Shown: positions 19,694 to 31,050 of the stretch, one piece after another
How the letters are laid out: each line of letters opens with the position of its first letter
How positions within the stretch are numbered: position 1 is the first letter of the stretch
DNA from: Arenicellales bacterium
GTDB taxonomy: Bacteria > Pseudomonadota > Gammaproteobacteria > Arenicellales > JAHEKD01
Reading direction: 5' to 3'
DNA length: 64,000 bases
NCBI GenBank assembly: GCA_028284225.1
Contig: JANQSD010000011.1
Span: 196,333 to 260,332, forward strand
The notes under the pieces: model-generated
The model's input: only the letters and a program-made list of their open reading frames with translations
What the model was told of the DNA's origin: nothing
Databases searched by the model: none
Position numbers and translations under genes: made by a program

Positions 19694-21655
19694 ATGATAA
19701 GAAAACTAACATTATTCTATATTTTTTATTTCTCTACTATTGTTTATGCGAATAGTAGCATTGTCCCTATTCTTCAGCTTATATTAGACTCAGATGATGG
19801 CCAGGAGTTTGTACCGGTTGTAGCAACTCCTCCGAGAAACATCATCTACATCATGCTGGATGATGCTGATTTTTATGATTTTGGCTATAATCGAGTTAAT
19901 GGTTCGTCGTTTAATACCATTACGCCGCATATGAATTCTTTGAGGCAAGGAGGAATGCTGCTTAAGAATTTCTATTCAGGGTCATCCATATGTTCACCGA
20001 CCCGGGCAAGCGTTTTGACAGGCAATTCGCCTTTGAATTATGGTCTGGACTATGTTTGGCCGCAGGTTTATACGGAAAATGATCAGTATAGTCGAGGTCT
20101 TAACGCTATTCCGAATGCCTCACAGACCATACATCTTGGGCAAGAGATGAAGAAGTTGGGTTTAACCACAATCCACTATGGCAAATGGCATGTGGGGTCA
20201 TCGCGATCCGAATATTTGCCCTCTGCCAGTGGTTGGGATGAATACGAGATTCGTGATCCTGTGCCTGGACAAGTCATAGGTAGAACCGGAACCTATGACG
20301 TATATCGAGAAACGGGTAGAAGAAGAGAGCATGTTTATTACCTGGACAGCTGGCAGACGGATAATATTGTTGCTGATATTCATGCGAAAGCACAGGCTGG
20401 AAAACGTTTCTTTATAAATTTTTGGCCACATACACCGCATAAGGATTACTTTATTCCCCCTGGGTTCAATAATTCCAGTTATGGTTTTGATCTAACGACT
20501 GACCGTGGGAAAGTGCAAGCCATGATGGTGGAGATGGACAACAATGTCGGCAAAATCATTGATGCGCTGAGAGCGAACAATATTTTTGAAGATACGCTGA
20601 TTGTGATTACCAGTGACAACGGTGGTCATAGGGACGGCAACAACCCTGATCGATATTCACTACTATCTGGCGACAAGGTCGATTTATCAGAAGGTGGGAT
20701 TAAAGTATCAGCTGTATTTCATTGGCCCAATCAAATTCCAGCCAATTCGACAAATGACTCAATGATGACAACGCTGGATTTGCTGCCGACATTCATGGAG
20801 CTTCTAGGTAGTGAGAACATTAATACCATTGATGCTCAATTAGATGGCAATTCAAAGGCACCCGTAATTGCCAACAATGTTGACGGTTACGATGTCCCTA
20901 TTATTTGGCAAACCAGTTGGTATACCACCAGGCAGCCCAATACACGCTGGCGATCAGAATGGGCACTACGCCAGGGACAATACAAACTGATTAAATTCCA
21001 TTTCTCGCAAACTGCGAATAGTGGCTGGCGACTATATGATATTGTTCGTGACCCCGGGGAATTCAATAATCTGAAAAATCAAAAGCCTGCCTTATTTAGG
21101 CAGATGAAGGAAGCAATGACTGTTCAGCGACTGCAAAGCAGCCGCTTTTATCAGTTTCCGACCGTCACTCAAACTAAACGTACAATTAGATTTGACCCCA
21201 GATTGAATTCTCATAGCAGTGATTTGACGTTTGCGTTTGATATCCAGGTGCCGGAGACTTTAAGTGAGCACAAGGTTATATATGATCATCCAGGACAATT
21301 AACCATCAGATTACTCACATCAAGAAAGATTCAAGTCAGGTTTTATAGTGTTCATCAGGAATTCACAACTCGAACAAGTGAAGTTCTGCTTTCAAATCGA
21401 TTGTCAGCAGGTAAACACCGAGTTGTATTCGGTATTGAAAGCTGGAGGAATGATACCTCGCAATTTGAACTCTATGTGGACGGAGTGTTCCAAGACAAAC
21501 AAGACAGTAACTTAATTCATCGCACTCCCTGGAGTTCAGTCTCAGATGCGAGCCTAGGACACTCAGGTATAAACCTGAGTTGTATTAGGTGGTATAAGCT
21601 TAAATTCTATCCAGACGAATTAATTTATGATGCTTTAGATTGCCCTGTAAACTGA
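19694..21655 (+). CDS. Secreted Cys-type (formylglycine) sulfatase with a C-terminal LamG/ConA-like domain
   Basis: Signal peptide, YIMLDD, CSPTRASVLTG, GKWH, HTPH, TSDNGG, EGGIKV; C-terminal ELYVDG beta region. Confidence 0.9.
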   Translation: MIRKLTLFYIFYFSTIVYANSSIVPILQLILDSDDGQEFVPVVATPPRNIIYIMLDDADFYDFGYNRVNGSSFNTITPHMNSLRQGGMLLKNFYSGSSICSPTRASVLTGNSPLNYGLDYVWPQVYTENDQYSRGLNAIPNASQTIHLGQEMKKLGLTTIHYGKWHVGSSRSEYLPSASGWDEYEIRDPVPGQVIGRTGTYDVYRETGRRREHVYYLDSWQTDNIVADIHAKAQAGKRFFINFWPHTPHKDYFIPPGFNNSSYGFDLTTDRGKVQAMMVEMDNNVGKIIDALRANNIFEDTLIVITSDNGGHRDGNNPDRYSLLSGDKVDLSEGGIKVSAVFHWPNQIPANSTNDSMMTTLDLLPTFMELLGSENINTIDAQLDGNSKAPVIANNVDGYDVPIIWQTSWYTTRQPNTRWRSEWALRQGQYKLIKFHFSQTANSGWRLYDIVRDPGEFNNLKNQKPALFRQMKEAMTVQRLQSSRFYQFPTVTQTKRTIRFDPRLNSHSSDLTFAFDIQVPETLSEHKVIYDHPGQLTIRLLTSRKIQVRFYSVHQEFTTRTSEVLLSNRLSAGKHRVVFGIESWRNDTSQFELYVDGVFQDKQDSNLIHRTPWSSVSDASLGHSGINLSCIRWYKLKFYPDELIYDALDCPVN

Positions 21656-21760
21656 ATTTTAGAAAATGAATTAAACGAAGATCCTGGACGATTTTTAAGC
21701 TATTTGCCAACGTCAAATCATACTTTTGAAATTTGACCTCTACGGTATTTTTTTAATTAT

Positions 21761-21789
21761 TTGACAATTCCAAGCTTCTATTGAATACT
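21761..21789 (+). promoter_or_regulatory. Candidate sigma70 promoter of comEA
   Basis: TTGACA-17 bp-AATACT. Confidence 0.35.
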
Positions 21790-21846
21790 AGCGGTGCATC
21801 CATAAGGATGTTAATGGACTTTAAATTCAACAACATGGAGGTTGTT

Positions 21847-22113
21847 ATGTTAGACAAATCTTATTTTTCTTTTCCCGCTTATCTTTTAGTTGCTTCATTC
21901 TCGCTGTCGGCGTTTGCACTTGATCCTAACACGGCTACGGTTGATGAACTGGCTGAGGAGCTGGTGGGAGTTGGGCCGAAGCTGGCTGAGAAAATTGTTC
22001 AATACCGGGAAGAAAATGGCAATTTTGAATCTGCCGAGGATTTGATGGCCGTCAAAGGTATCGGCAATAGTGTGATTGAGAAAAACCGTGAGCTGATAGA
22101 GTTTGAAGAGTGA
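21847..22113 (+). CDS. comEA: ComEA-family helix-hairpin-helix DNA-binding protein
   Basis: Signal peptide, NTATVDEL...GVGPKLAEKIV.YRE.NG.F...EDL..VKGIG; GGAGG RBS before ATG 21847. Confidence 0.9.
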   Translation: MLDKSYFSFPAYLLVASFSLSAFALDPNTATVDELAEELVGVGPKLAEKIVQYREENGNFESAEDLMAVKGIGNSVIEKNRELIEFEE

Positions 22114-22138
22114 TCGGTCCGCTAAATTCCATATGCAC

Positions 22139-22165
22139 GAAAAAAGCGGCAATGCCGCTTTTTTC
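22139..22165 (+). terminator. Rho-independent terminator
   Basis: GAAAAAAGCGGC-AAT-GCCGCTTTTTTC. Confidence 0.9.
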
Positions 22166-22227
22166 TTTGGAAATGATGTTATAGACCTAATCTCAATTCT
22201 ACAGCTAAGCTCACAAACGCATGTTAG

Positions 22228-22400
22228 TTAAACCTGGAATTCTCAATTGACTGCTGTGAAATACACTTAAACATATGAGCCATAATGTAAATAGACTTGT
22301 TCATGTCTTTAACCATTTCGGTGAGTGCGCTAGCGGCTTTAAAACGGGTTAAAATTCAGATTCTAGGTTAATAGTAGCCAACTGCGGATTCCAGGTTTAA
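22228..22400. mobile_element. MITE-like element, family A, shortened copy
   Basis: Perfect 13-bp terminal IR TTAAACCTGGAAT/ATTCCAGGTTTAA; shares GCTGTGAAATACACTTAA, AATGTAAATA, GTGAGTGCGCTA.CGGCTTTAA..CGGGTTAAAAT with 2759-2885. Confidence 0.75.
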
Positions 22401-22456
22401 TTGACAAGGCTAAACAGTTAAAATTAGCCCACTTTTATAACGCCTTACTCAATAAC

Positions 22457-23779
22457 ATGAATGTAACCATAGTCGGTACCGGGTATGTGGGTCTTGTCAC
22501 CGGGACCTGTTTAGCAGAAGTGGGTAACCACGTTTTGTGCATTGACAACGATGTCAATAAAATTGAAGGTCTTAAGCAGGCCATATTGCCTATCTATGAG
22601 CCTGGGCTAGATAACCTGGTCCAGGAAAATTTACAAGCTGGACGTCTGGAGTTCAGTACGGATATTAAGCAAGGCGTTGACTATGCCGAAGTCATTTTTA
22701 TCGCTGTCGGTACTCCACCTGATGAAGATGGCTCGGCTGATTTAAGCCATGTGCTGGCGGTGGCCAAATCAATCGGTGATAGTCTTAATGACTATCGCGT
22801 CGTTGTAACTAAATCGACAGTACCGGTAGGAACAGCAGATAAGGTCAAACAGGCAATTAATCAGTCATTATCGCAGCGCGGGGTAAGTGTTGATTTTGAT
22901 GTGGTATCAAATCCGGAATTTCTGAAAGAGGGTGCAGCTGTTGAGGACTTTATGAAGCCGGACCGGATTGTGGTCGGTGTGGATAGTGATCGCTCATTTG
23001 AAGTGATGCACCGGCTTTATCAGCCGTTTAATCGCAATCATGATCGAGTCATCCGTATGGATATTCGTTCGTCAGAGTTAACTAAATATGCGGCCAATGC
23101 CATGTTGGCGACTAAAATTTCATTTATGAATGAAATGGCTAACCTGGCTGAAAAACTGGGTGCAGACATAGAATCTGTGCGCCAAGGTATCGGTTCTGAT
23201 CCGCGTATAGGCTATCATTTTATTTACCCGGGTTGCGGTTATGGTGGCTCCTGTTTCCCCAAAGATGTGCAGGCCTTGCACCGCACGGCCAGGCAATATG
23301 ATTATGATGCACGACTATTATCTGCGGTCGAGGCGGTCAATAATGATCAAAAATCAGTACCGGTTAAAAAACTCACAACGCACTTTGGTGAGGATTTCAG
23401 CAATTTACAATTTGCGATCTGGGGGCTTTCCTTTAAACCTAATACTGATGACATGCGTGAAGCGCCAAGCCGAGTAATTATTGAACAAATCCTGGCAAAA
23501 GGCGGCAGCATAAAAGCCTATGATCCTATCGCCATGCAAGAAGCGAGCCACATATTTGCAGGCCAATCAGGGGTTAAATTGGTTAACGATCCGTATCAGG
23601 CTACTGACCAGGCAGATGCATTGGTAGTAGTAACAGAGTGGAAGATGTTCAGGGCTTTGGATGTCGATTTGTTAAAACAAAAACTGCGTCAGCTGGTGAT
23701 CGTCGACGGGCGTAATATTTATGATCCGCTTGTGCTTAAAAATGCCGGATTCGATTATTACGGCATTGGTCGAGCATGA
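22457..23779 (+). CDS. ugd: UDP-glucose 6-dehydrogenase
   Basis: [36 protein letters not shown]. Confidence 0.95.
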   Translation: MNVTIVGTGYVGLVTGTCLAEVGNHVLCIDNDVNKIEGLKQAILPIYEPGLDNLVQENLQAGRLEFSTDIKQGVDYAEVIFIAVGTPPDEDGSADLSHVLAVAKSIGDSLNDYRVVVTKSTVPVGTADKVKQAINQSLSQRGVSVDFDVVSNPEFLKEGAAVEDFMKPDRIVVGVDSDRSFEVMHRLYQPFNRNHDRVIRMDIRSSELTKYAANAMLATKISFMNEMANLAEKLGADIESVRQGIGSDPRIGYHFIYPGCGYGGSCFPKDVQALHRTARQYDYDARLLSAVEAVNNDQKSVPVKKLTTHFGEDFSNLQFAIWGLSFKPNTDDMREAPSRVIIEQILAKGGSIKAYDPIAMQEASHIFAGQSGVKLVNDPYQATDQADALVVVTEWKMFRALDVDLLKQKLRQLVIVDGRNIYDPLVLKNAGFDYYGIGRA

Positions 23780-24741
23780 ATGCCACACCTGCATTTCCTG
23801 ATTTAAGCCAGATCCATGTGCTGGTTGTCGGTGATGTGATGCTGGATCAGTACTGGTTCGGTGCGGTGGAGCGGATTTCACCGGAAGCGCCGGTTCCAAT
23901 TGTTACAGTAAACAATGGTGAGCGACGTGGCGGCGGCGCAGCTAATGTTGCGCTTAATATTGTCAATCTGGGCGCCAAATGCACTTTGTTATCGATTACC
24001 GGCGAAGATAATAATGCTGACGAACTTGAGCAAATGCTTAAGGCATCAGGCGTTAATGTCGTTTTTGTTAAAAGCCCTGATTATCAGACGACTGTAAAGC
24101 AGAGGGTTATATCAAGGAATCAGCAATTAATTCGCTTGGATTTTGAACAACTCCCGGATGAGTCGTTACTACAAGATTGTCATCAACATTATCAGGATTT
24201 GATTGCAACAGCTAATGCGGTGATTTTTTCCGATTATGGCAAAGGTTGTTTAAAAAATATAAGTACCATGATAGACCAGGCCAGGGAAAATCAGTTGCCG
24301 GTTTCAGTTGATCCCAAGGGCAAGGATTATTCACGTTATCGTAATGCCAGTTTAATCACACCGAATTTAAGTGAATTTGAACAAGTTGTCGGCGGTGTGA
24401 TTGATGATTTACAAATGGACAATAAAGCGCGTCAATTAGTAACAGAGTTGAATATTGGACAATTGTTGATCACGTTAAGTGAGCGGGGTATGAAACTTTA
24501 TCAGCAAGAAGGACAAATTCATTATAGTCCAGCTCGAGCTCGTGAAGTCTATGATGTCAGCGGTGCAGGTGATACGGTAATCGCTTGTTTGGGCACATTA
24601 TTGGCCAGCAATCTTGCTATTGAACAAATACTTGAAATTGCCAATGCTGCAGCAGGCGTTGTGGTTGCAAAATTGGGCACGGCAGTTGCTGATGTTGTTG
24701 AAATAACCGATGCACTTAATCGCATCAGGGAGCAAAAATGA
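23776..24741 (+). CDS. rfaE1: D-glycero-D-manno-heptose-7-phosphate kinase (stand-alone HldE kinase domain)
   Basis: [31 protein letters not shown]; no adenylyltransferase domain. Confidence 0.93.
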   Translation: MNATPAFPDLSQIHVLVVGDVMLDQYWFGAVERISPEAPVPIVTVNNGERRGGGAANVALNIVNLGAKCTLLSITGEDNNADELEQMLKASGVNVVFVKSPDYQTTVKQRVISRNQQLIRLDFEQLPDESLLQDCHQHYQDLIATANAVIFSDYGKGCLKNISTMIDQARENQLPVSVDPKGKDYSRYRNASLITPNLSEFEQVVGGVIDDLQMDNKARQLVTELNIGQLLITLSERGMKLYQQEGQIHYSPARAREVYDVSGAGDTVIACLGTLLASNLAIEQILEIANAAAGVVVAKLGTAVADVVEITDALNRIREQK

Positions 24742-25724
24742 TCATCATTACAGGAGGCGCCGGCTTTATAGGCTCTAATCTGGTCAGTGCAATTAACCAG
24801 CAATCTGGCGATGATATTTTGGTTGTCGATAACCTGACCAATACGGCCAAGATTGCAAATCTTGCTGATTGTACAATCGCTGATTATCGAGATAAAAATG
24901 ACTTTTACCAAAACATAATTGATCTTGAAAAAATCCCGGGGCTGGAAGCGGTGCTGCATCAGGGCGCTTGCTCAGATACGATGGTTACCGACGGTCGCTA
25001 TGTAATGCATAATAATTATCAATACTCCAAGGCATTACTAGACTATTGTCAGCATTTCAAGGTGCCCTATATTTATGCTTCATCAGCCTCGGTTTATGGT
25101 GCTGGCAAAGATTTTCGAGAATATCCTGAGTGTGAATGCCCCTTAAATGCCTATGCGTATTCCAAGCTGGCATTTGATCAACATGTGCGTGCCAGGAAGG
25201 AAAGTTTGACTATTCCGGTTGTTGGCCTACGTTACTTCAATGTTTATGGCCCGCGTGAACAGCATAAGGGCCGAATGGCGTCAGTGGCTTATCATTTTTA
25301 TAAGCAGTTCAATAAAGATGGTAAAGTACGTTTGTTTGAGGGGTCAGATGGTTATCAGCACGGTGAGCAACTGCGGGATTTTGTTTCGGTTGAGGACGTG
25401 GTTAACGTTAATCAGTTTTTTTTGAATAATCCGCAGCTAAGTGGAATCTATAATCTAGGGACCGGTAATTGCCAGAGTTTTAATGAAGTCGCGCAAGCCG
25501 TTGTTAATTATTTCCAGACAAAGAACGGCCACGAGTCGTTAACTCTTGAAGGCATTCAGGATCAAGCACTGATTGAATATATTGCTTTTCCAGATAATTT
25601 AAAAGGTAAATATCAAAGCTACACACAAGCAGACATGAGCCAGCTAAAATCAGCCGGTTATGATCAACCGTTTTTGACAGTAGAGCAGGGGGTTGATCGC
25701 TATTTAAGTTGGTTAGATAAATAA
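24738..25724 (+). CDS. hldD: ADP-L-glycero-D-manno-heptose 6-epimerase
   Basis: [45 protein letters not shown]. Confidence 0.96.
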   Translation: MIIITGGAGFIGSNLVSAINQQSGDDILVVDNLTNTAKIANLADCTIADYRDKNDFYQNIIDLEKIPGLEAVLHQGACSDTMVTDGRYVMHNNYQYSKALLDYCQHFKVPYIYASSASVYGAGKDFREYPECECPLNAYAYSKLAFDQHVRARKESLTIPVVGLRYFNVYGPREQHKGRMASVAYHFYKQFNKDGKVRLFEGSDGYQHGEQLRDFVSVEDVVNVNQFFLNNPQLSGIYNLGTGNCQSFNEVAQAVVNYFQTKNGHESLTLEGIQDQALIEYIAFPDNLKGKYQSYTQADMSQLKSAGYDQPFLTVEQGVDRYLSWLDK

Positions 25725-25748
25725 TTTATGAGTAATGGTCTATATATC

Positions 25749-25863
25749 CGTCATTGTGGTACTGAATCCGCCACCCCGGACTTTGATCCAGAGTCAGCAC
25801 AGACTAGCCGCAATCCAGTTTCCCTAAAGAGTTTCTGGATGCCGGATCGAGCTCGGCATGACG
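25749..25863. repeat. GTCAT-type REP-like doublet
   Basis: CGTCATTG...GCAATCCAG...CTGGATGCCGGATCGAGCTCGGCATGACG with a nested CGCCACCCCGGACTTTGATCC variant. Confidence 0.65.
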
Positions 25864-25887
25864 AAAAAGATTAACGGTAGTGCAGTG

Positions 25888-26904
25888 ATGAGTAATCAAA
25901 CTCCAATTTTAGTTACGGGTGCGGCCGGTTTTATCGGTGCCGCAGTAAGTCAATGCTTAATTGATCAAGGCAAACAAGTAGTCGGCATCGATAATCTTAA
26001 TGATTATTATGATGTGCAGCTGAAAAAGGATCGATTGGCGGCGCTGGAGCAGTCGGGGTTTCGGTTTGAAAAGCTAGATTTGGTCGATTATCAACATCTG
26101 CAAGGTTTGTTTTCAGAATATGGCTTTAAGACGGTTATTCACTTGGCTGCACAAGCTGGTGTGCGTTACTCGTTAGAAAATCCACAGGCATATGTGGATT
26201 CGAATTTGACTGGCTTTGTTAATATGTTGGAGCTGTGTCGGCATAATTCTGTTGAGCATCTGGTGTTTGCATCATCCAGCTCGGTATACGGTGCGAATAA
26301 AACCATGCCGTTTTCGATCAAGCATAATGTTGATCACCCGGTTTCGTTGTACGCTGCTACCAAAAAATCAAATGAATTATTGGCACACTCATATGCCCAT
26401 TTATATGGACTACCCTGCACGGGATTAAGATTTTTTACCGTATACGGACCCTGGGGTCGGCCCGATATGGCATATTTTAAATTCACCAAAGCTATATTGG
26501 CCGATCAGACAATTGAAGTATTCAATCATGGTGATATGCGGCGTGATTTTACTTATATAGATGACATTGTTGACGGTGTGGTTAAAATCGCGGATAAACC
26601 GGCGCAAGGAAATTCGCACTGGAATGCTAAGCACCCAGATCCATCGTCGAGTTATGCACCTTATCAAATTTATAATATTGGCAATAATAAACCGGTTGAA
26701 CTCATGCATTTTATCGAGGTGCTGGAGAGTTGTCTGGGTAAAAAAGCCAAGATTAAACTTTTGCCTATGGCTGATGGTGATGTGAAGGAAACTTATGCTG
26801 ACATAGACCAACTGCAAATTGATGTCGGTTTTAACCCCAGTGTGCAAATCGAGCAAGGCCTGCAGCGCTTTGTTGGCTGGTATCAGGATTATTATAAAGT
26901 TTAG
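25888..26904 (+). CDS. NAD-dependent epimerase, UDP-glucuronate 4-epimerase-like
   Basis: [39 protein letters not shown]. The ATG at 25858 lies inside the repeat. Confidence 0.9.
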   Translation: MSNQTPILVTGAAGFIGAAVSQCLIDQGKQVVGIDNLNDYYDVQLKKDRLAALEQSGFRFEKLDLVDYQHLQGLFSEYGFKTVIHLAAQAGVRYSLENPQAYVDSNLTGFVNMLELCRHNSVEHLVFASSSSVYGANKTMPFSIKHNVDHPVSLYAATKKSNELLAHSYAHLYGLPCTGLRFFTVYGPWGRPDMAYFKFTKAILADQTIEVFNHGDMRRDFTYIDDIVDGVVKIADKPAQGNSHWNAKHPDPSSSYAPYQIYNIGNNKPVELMHFIEVLESCLGKKAKIKLLPMADGDVKETYADIDQLQIDVGFNPSVQIEQGLQRFVGWYQDYYKV

Positions 26905-26906
26905 TT

Positions 26907-27971
26907 ATGAGCGAAAATTTGAAAATTATAGTGACAGGTGGAGCAGGCTTTATTGGGTCAGCAGTGATTCGTTATTTGCTCGACCAGACTGAACATCAGG
27001 TTTTAAATATTGACAAGCTGACCTATGCAGGAAATTTAATGACTCTGGCAGCGGTTAAAGATAATCCGCGTTATCATTTTTTACAGGCGGATATTTGTGA
27101 TCGCAGTGCAATGCAAAAAGCATTCGCCGAATTTCAACCCGACGGCATCATGCACCTGGCGGCAGAGTCTCACGTGGATCGCTCAATTGAAGGCTCTGAT
27201 GTGTTTATCCAGACCAATATTGTCGGCACTTATACATTGCTGGAACAGGCCCGAGAGTATTTATCAACCTTGAGTTCGGCCACAGCACAAGCATTCAAAT
27301 TCCATCATATCTCTACCGACGAAGTGTATGGCAGCTTAGATGCGGACGGATTATTTACCGAACAATCACGTTACCAACCAAATTCCCCTTATTCGGCCAG
27401 CAAGGCTGCATCCGATCATCTGGTTCGCGCCTGGGGAGAAACCTATAAGTTGCCGGTAGTGATTTCAAACTGCTCGAATAACTATGGTCCTTACCAGTTT
27501 CCTGAGAAACTTATTCCGCTGATGATACAAAAAGCCATTAACCACGAGCCTTTGCCGGTTTATGGTCAGGGCGAGAATATTCGTGATTGGCTTTATGTTG
27601 ATGACCACGCCAGTGCCTTATACACCATATTCTGCAGCGGTAAGCAAGGCGAGGTCTATAATGTTGGCGGGCATAATGAAGTTAAGAATATCGATGTCGT
27701 TAATACCATCTGTGACATTCTTGATGCCAAACAACCAAGCACCACGCTATCGAGTTATAAAGAATTGATTACTTTTGTTAAGGATCGTCCCGGGCATGAT
27801 ATGCGTTATGCGATTGATGCCAGCAAGATTGCCAGCGAATTAGGCTGGACACCTCGGGAAACGTTTGCCAGTGGTATCGATAAAACCATTCAATGGTATC
27901 TGGGTAATCCTGATTGGTGTGGGCAAATTGCCAATACATATAGTGGTCAACGATTAGGAGCGATTGCATAA
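26907..27971 (+). CDS. rfbB: dTDP-glucose 4,6-dehydratase
   Basis: [38 protein letters not shown]. Confidence 0.96.
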   Translation: MSENLKIIVTGGAGFIGSAVIRYLLDQTEHQVLNIDKLTYAGNLMTLAAVKDNPRYHFLQADICDRSAMQKAFAEFQPDGIMHLAAESHVDRSIEGSDVFIQTNIVGTYTLLEQAREYLSTLSSATAQAFKFHHISTDEVYGSLDADGLFTEQSRYQPNSPYSASKAASDHLVRAWGETYKLPVVISNCSNNYGPYQFPEKLIPLMIQKAINHEPLPVYGQGENIRDWLYVDDHASALYTIFCSGKQGEVYNVGGHNEVKNIDVVNTICDILDAKQPSTTLSSYKELITFVKDRPGHDMRYAIDASKIASELGWTPRETFASGIDKTIQWYLGNPDWCGQIANTYSGQRLGAIA

Positions 27972-28840
27972 TGCGCGGAATTATTTTGGCCGGTGGTTCC
28001 GGTACCCGCTTATATCCGGTAACGATGTCGGTGTCTAAGCAATTATTGCCGGTCTACGATAAACCGATGATCTATTATCCTCTGTCGACGTTGATGCAAT
28101 CAGGCATAAGGGATATTCTAATTATTTCGACACCTTCTGATACGCCGCGTTTCCAACAATTGCTCGGTGATGGTGAACGCATGGGGCTTAATTTATCTTA
28201 TGCGATTCAACCTTCTCCTGATGGTCTGGCGCAGGCGTTTATTATCGGTGCCGAATTTGTTGGTGCTGATAATGTTGCGCTGGTATTGGGTGATAATGTG
28301 TTCTATGGACATGACTTAAAAGTGTCCTTACAAGCTGCGGCTGCCAAGAAAAACGGTGCCACTGTTTTCGCCTATCCGGTTAATGACCCGGAACGATATG
28401 GCGTTGTCGAATTTGATAAAAACGGACAAGCGGTCAGCCTGGAGGAAAAACCGCAACAGCCTAAATCCCAATACGCCGTAACCGGGTTATATTTTTATGA
28501 TAATCAAGTTCTTGATATCGCCAAGCAAATCAAACCCTCAGATCGCGGTGAATTAGAAATCACCGATGTTAATAAATGTTATCTGGAGCAGAGAAAATTA
28601 TCAGTAGAGGTTTTAGGGCGGGGGTTAGCGTGGCTGGATATGGGAACGCACGATTCATTGCTGCAGGCTTCGCAGTTTATTGAAACATTGGAAAATCGCC
28701 AAGGCATGAAAATCGCTTGTCTGGAAGAGATTGCATATCGCAATGGCTGGATCAGCCTTGAACAATTGAGTAAAGCAGCTCAAGACTATGGCAAAAGCAG
28801 CTATGGTCAGTATATTACTAAACTGATTTCATGGCTTTAA
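27971..28840 (+). CDS. rfbA: Glucose-1-phosphate thymidylyltransferase
   Basis: [33 protein letters not shown]. Confidence 0.97.
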   Translation: MRGIILAGGSGTRLYPVTMSVSKQLLPVYDKPMIYYPLSTLMQSGIRDILIISTPSDTPRFQQLLGDGERMGLNLSYAIQPSPDGLAQAFIIGAEFVGADNVALVLGDNVFYGHDLKVSLQAAAAKKNGATVFAYPVNDPERYGVVEFDKNGQAVSLEEKPQQPKSQYAVTGLYFYDNQVLDIAKQIKPSDRGELEITDVNKCYLEQRKLSVEVLGRGLAWLDMGTHDSLLQASQFIETLENRQGMKIACLEEIAYRNGWISLEQLSKAAQDYGKSSYGQYITKLISWL

Positions 28841-28849
28841 ACATCTTCA

Positions 28850-29650
28850 ATGATCATGAATAACCCGATTAAGGTTGTTTGCCAAAATGCGGGCTTGATC
28901 AAGCAACTTGCACGGCGTGAGGTGCTGGAACGCTATAAAGGCTCGATGTTCGGGTTATTGTGGTCGTTTTTGAACCCACTATTAATGTTGTTGGTTTATT
29001 TGTTTGTATTTAGTTTTGTATTTCAGCTGCGTTGGCAGGGGGCGGCAGGCCATGCCCAGTTTGGTACGGTATTGTTTTCAGGGTTAATACTGCATGCATT
29101 ATTGGGGGAATGTTTGTCCCGTGCTCCGGGCCTTATTTCAGGTAACGCACAATTCGTCAAAAAGGTAGTATTTCCTTTAGAGGTTTTTTCGATAGTTTCG
29201 GTTGTAACAGCATTGTTTCACTTTTGCGTCAGTATGCTGATATTGGTAATTGCGCATTTATTAGCTTCGCATGAAGTTAACTGGACGCTTATATTCGCCC
29301 CCTTGGTTGTGTTGCCATTAGCGTTGATTGGCCTGGGATTGTCTTATTTGATTGCATCCACCACCGTGTTTATTCGTGATTTATCCCAGGTGATTGGTGT
29401 TCTGGTCACAGTGCTATTGTTCTTAAGTCCGATTTTTTATCCGCTGGAATCCGTGCCGGATACGGTACGTCCCTTGATGTATTTAAATCCGTTGACAGTG
29501 CCAATTTCAGAATTTCGTAATTTAGTGATATGGGGCAAGTTACCTAATCTGGGAGTACTTGCTGTATATACTGGTATTGCAGTTGTTATTTTTTCCATTG
29601 GCTGGTGGTGGTTTCAGCGTACAAAAAAGGTATTTGCCGATGTGCTCTGA
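28850..29650 (+). CDS. wzm: O-antigen/glycan ABC transporter permease
   Basis: RYKGS..GLLWSFLNPL, VKKVVFP, RD, SPIFYP, LNPL, FADVL. Confidence 0.93.
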   Translation: MIMNNPIKVVCQNAGLIKQLARREVLERYKGSMFGLLWSFLNPLLMLLVYLFVFSFVFQLRWQGAAGHAQFGTVLFSGLILHALLGECLSRAPGLISGNAQFVKKVVFPLEVFSIVSVVTALFHFCVSMLILVIAHLLASHEVNWTLIFAPLVVLPLALIGLGLSYLIASTTVFIRDLSQVIGVLVTVLLFLSPIFYPLESVPDTVRPLMYLNPLTVPISEFRNLVIWGKLPNLGVLAVYTGIAVVIFSIGWWWFQRTKKVFADVL

Positions 29651-30983
29651 GCAAGTCAAAAATGATGTGGCAATCAGTGTAGATAGCATTAGTAAATGTT
29701 ATCAGACCTATGAGAAGCCTGTGCATCGCTTAATACAGGCTTTGCGCAGCACTGAAAAAAAACTATATACAGAATTCTGGGCATTACGCAGAGCCAGTTT
29801 TAGTGTAAGCAAGGGCGAAACCTTCGGGATTGTGGGGCAAAACGGTTCAGGCAAGTCCACCTTGTTACAAATCATTGCAGGTACACTCAGGCCGACAGCC
29901 GGGACGGTGCAAACCAATGGTAGAATTGCCGCTATTTTGGAACTTGGAGCAGGATTTAATCCTGAGTTCAGCGGTGTTGAAAATGCCAGGCTCAATGCGG
30001 CGATTATTGGCGTCGATGAAAAGGAATTTAAAAAAAGCCTGCCGGAAATAATGGAGTTTTCCGGTTTGGGTGATTTTATTCATAAACCGGTTAAAACCTA
30101 TTCCAGCGGCATGTATGTGCGACTGGCGTTTTCAGTTTCAATCAGTTTAAAACCGGATATCTTGATTATTGATGAGGCATTAGCAGTTGGCGATGCCCGT
30201 TTTCAGCGCAAGTGTTTTCGTAAGCTGGAGTCCTTGAAATCTGAAGGTGTAACGATTCTGTTTGTCAGTCACTCTATGGAAAGTGTGGTCAGCCATTGTG
30301 ATAGGGCTTTATTTCTGGAGAAGGGTCAAATTCAGACAGTCGGTGAGCCCAAGCAAGTGGTTAATCAATACCTGGATATGTTGTTTAAATCAGAAAACGA
30401 TACAGCTGAAGAACAAGAATCGAAACCGACTAAGGAACCTGTCAGGCATTTAAGCCAAGCTGAAATTCAAGCCGAATTAAGCCGGGACGCCAGTATAGAC
30501 CACTGCAAGAATCGGTATGGTTATAATCCTCAGGAATATCGGTGGGGTGACGGACGTGCGCAAATTATTGATTATGTGCTGTTGCAAAACGGCGCTGAGT
30601 TTAATCATCAGTGTGAAAAAGGCGATAGGCTGACACTTCGTTTTTCGACTATTTTTAGTGAACCGTTTGCTAATCTTATTTACGGAATGACTATTAAGAC
30701 TACTGACGGTAAAACTGTTTACGGCACCAATAACAGACTTAAAAAACAACTACTGGGTGTTTCGTCCAAGGATGAGGTCACTGAGATTGAATTTGCATTT
30801 ACAGCTAACCTGGCTGCAGGCGATTATTTTATTTCATTAGGTGTGGCAGCAGATGATGATGAAAAAGATCATATACCGCTGGACCGGCGCTATGATTTGA
30901 TTCATTTTTCCGTGCTGGATGATCTACAAGCATTTGGTATTGCTGAGTTGAACGCGTCAATTTCACAACTGAATAATTCTTGA
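29640..30983 (+). CDS. wzt: O-antigen/glycan ABC transporter ATPase with C-terminal Wzt_C domain
   Basis: GQNGSGKSTL, YSSGMYVRLAF, DEALAVGD, C-terminal beta domain; start overlaps the wzm stop. Confidence 0.93.
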   Translation: MCSEQVKNDVAISVDSISKCYQTYEKPVHRLIQALRSTEKKLYTEFWALRRASFSVSKGETFGIVGQNGSGKSTLLQIIAGTLRPTAGTVQTNGRIAAILELGAGFNPEFSGVENARLNAAIIGVDEKEFKKSLPEIMEFSGLGDFIHKPVKTYSSGMYVRLAFSVSISLKPDILIIDEALAVGDARFQRKCFRKLESLKSEGVTILFVSHSMESVVSHCDRALFLEKGQIQTVGEPKQVVNQYLDMLFKSENDTAEEQESKPTKEPVRHLSQAEIQAELSRDASIDHCKNRYGYNPQEYRWGDGRAQIIDYVLLQNGAEFNHQCEKGDRLTLRFSTIFSEPFANLIYGMTIKTTDGKTVYGTNNRLKKQLLGVSSKDEVTEIEFAFTANLAAGDYFISLGVAADDDEKDHIPLDRRYDLIHFSVLDDLQAFGIAELNASISQLNNS

Positions 30984-31050
30984 TTTCGTAATTAGCTGCA
31001 GTGAAGTACACTAAACCTAATAACTCTTTTCGTAATCATAACTATTCATA

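Noticed and set aside
22401-22424. Sigma70 promoter TTGACA...TAAAAT before ugd
   Set aside because: The spacer is only 12 bp.
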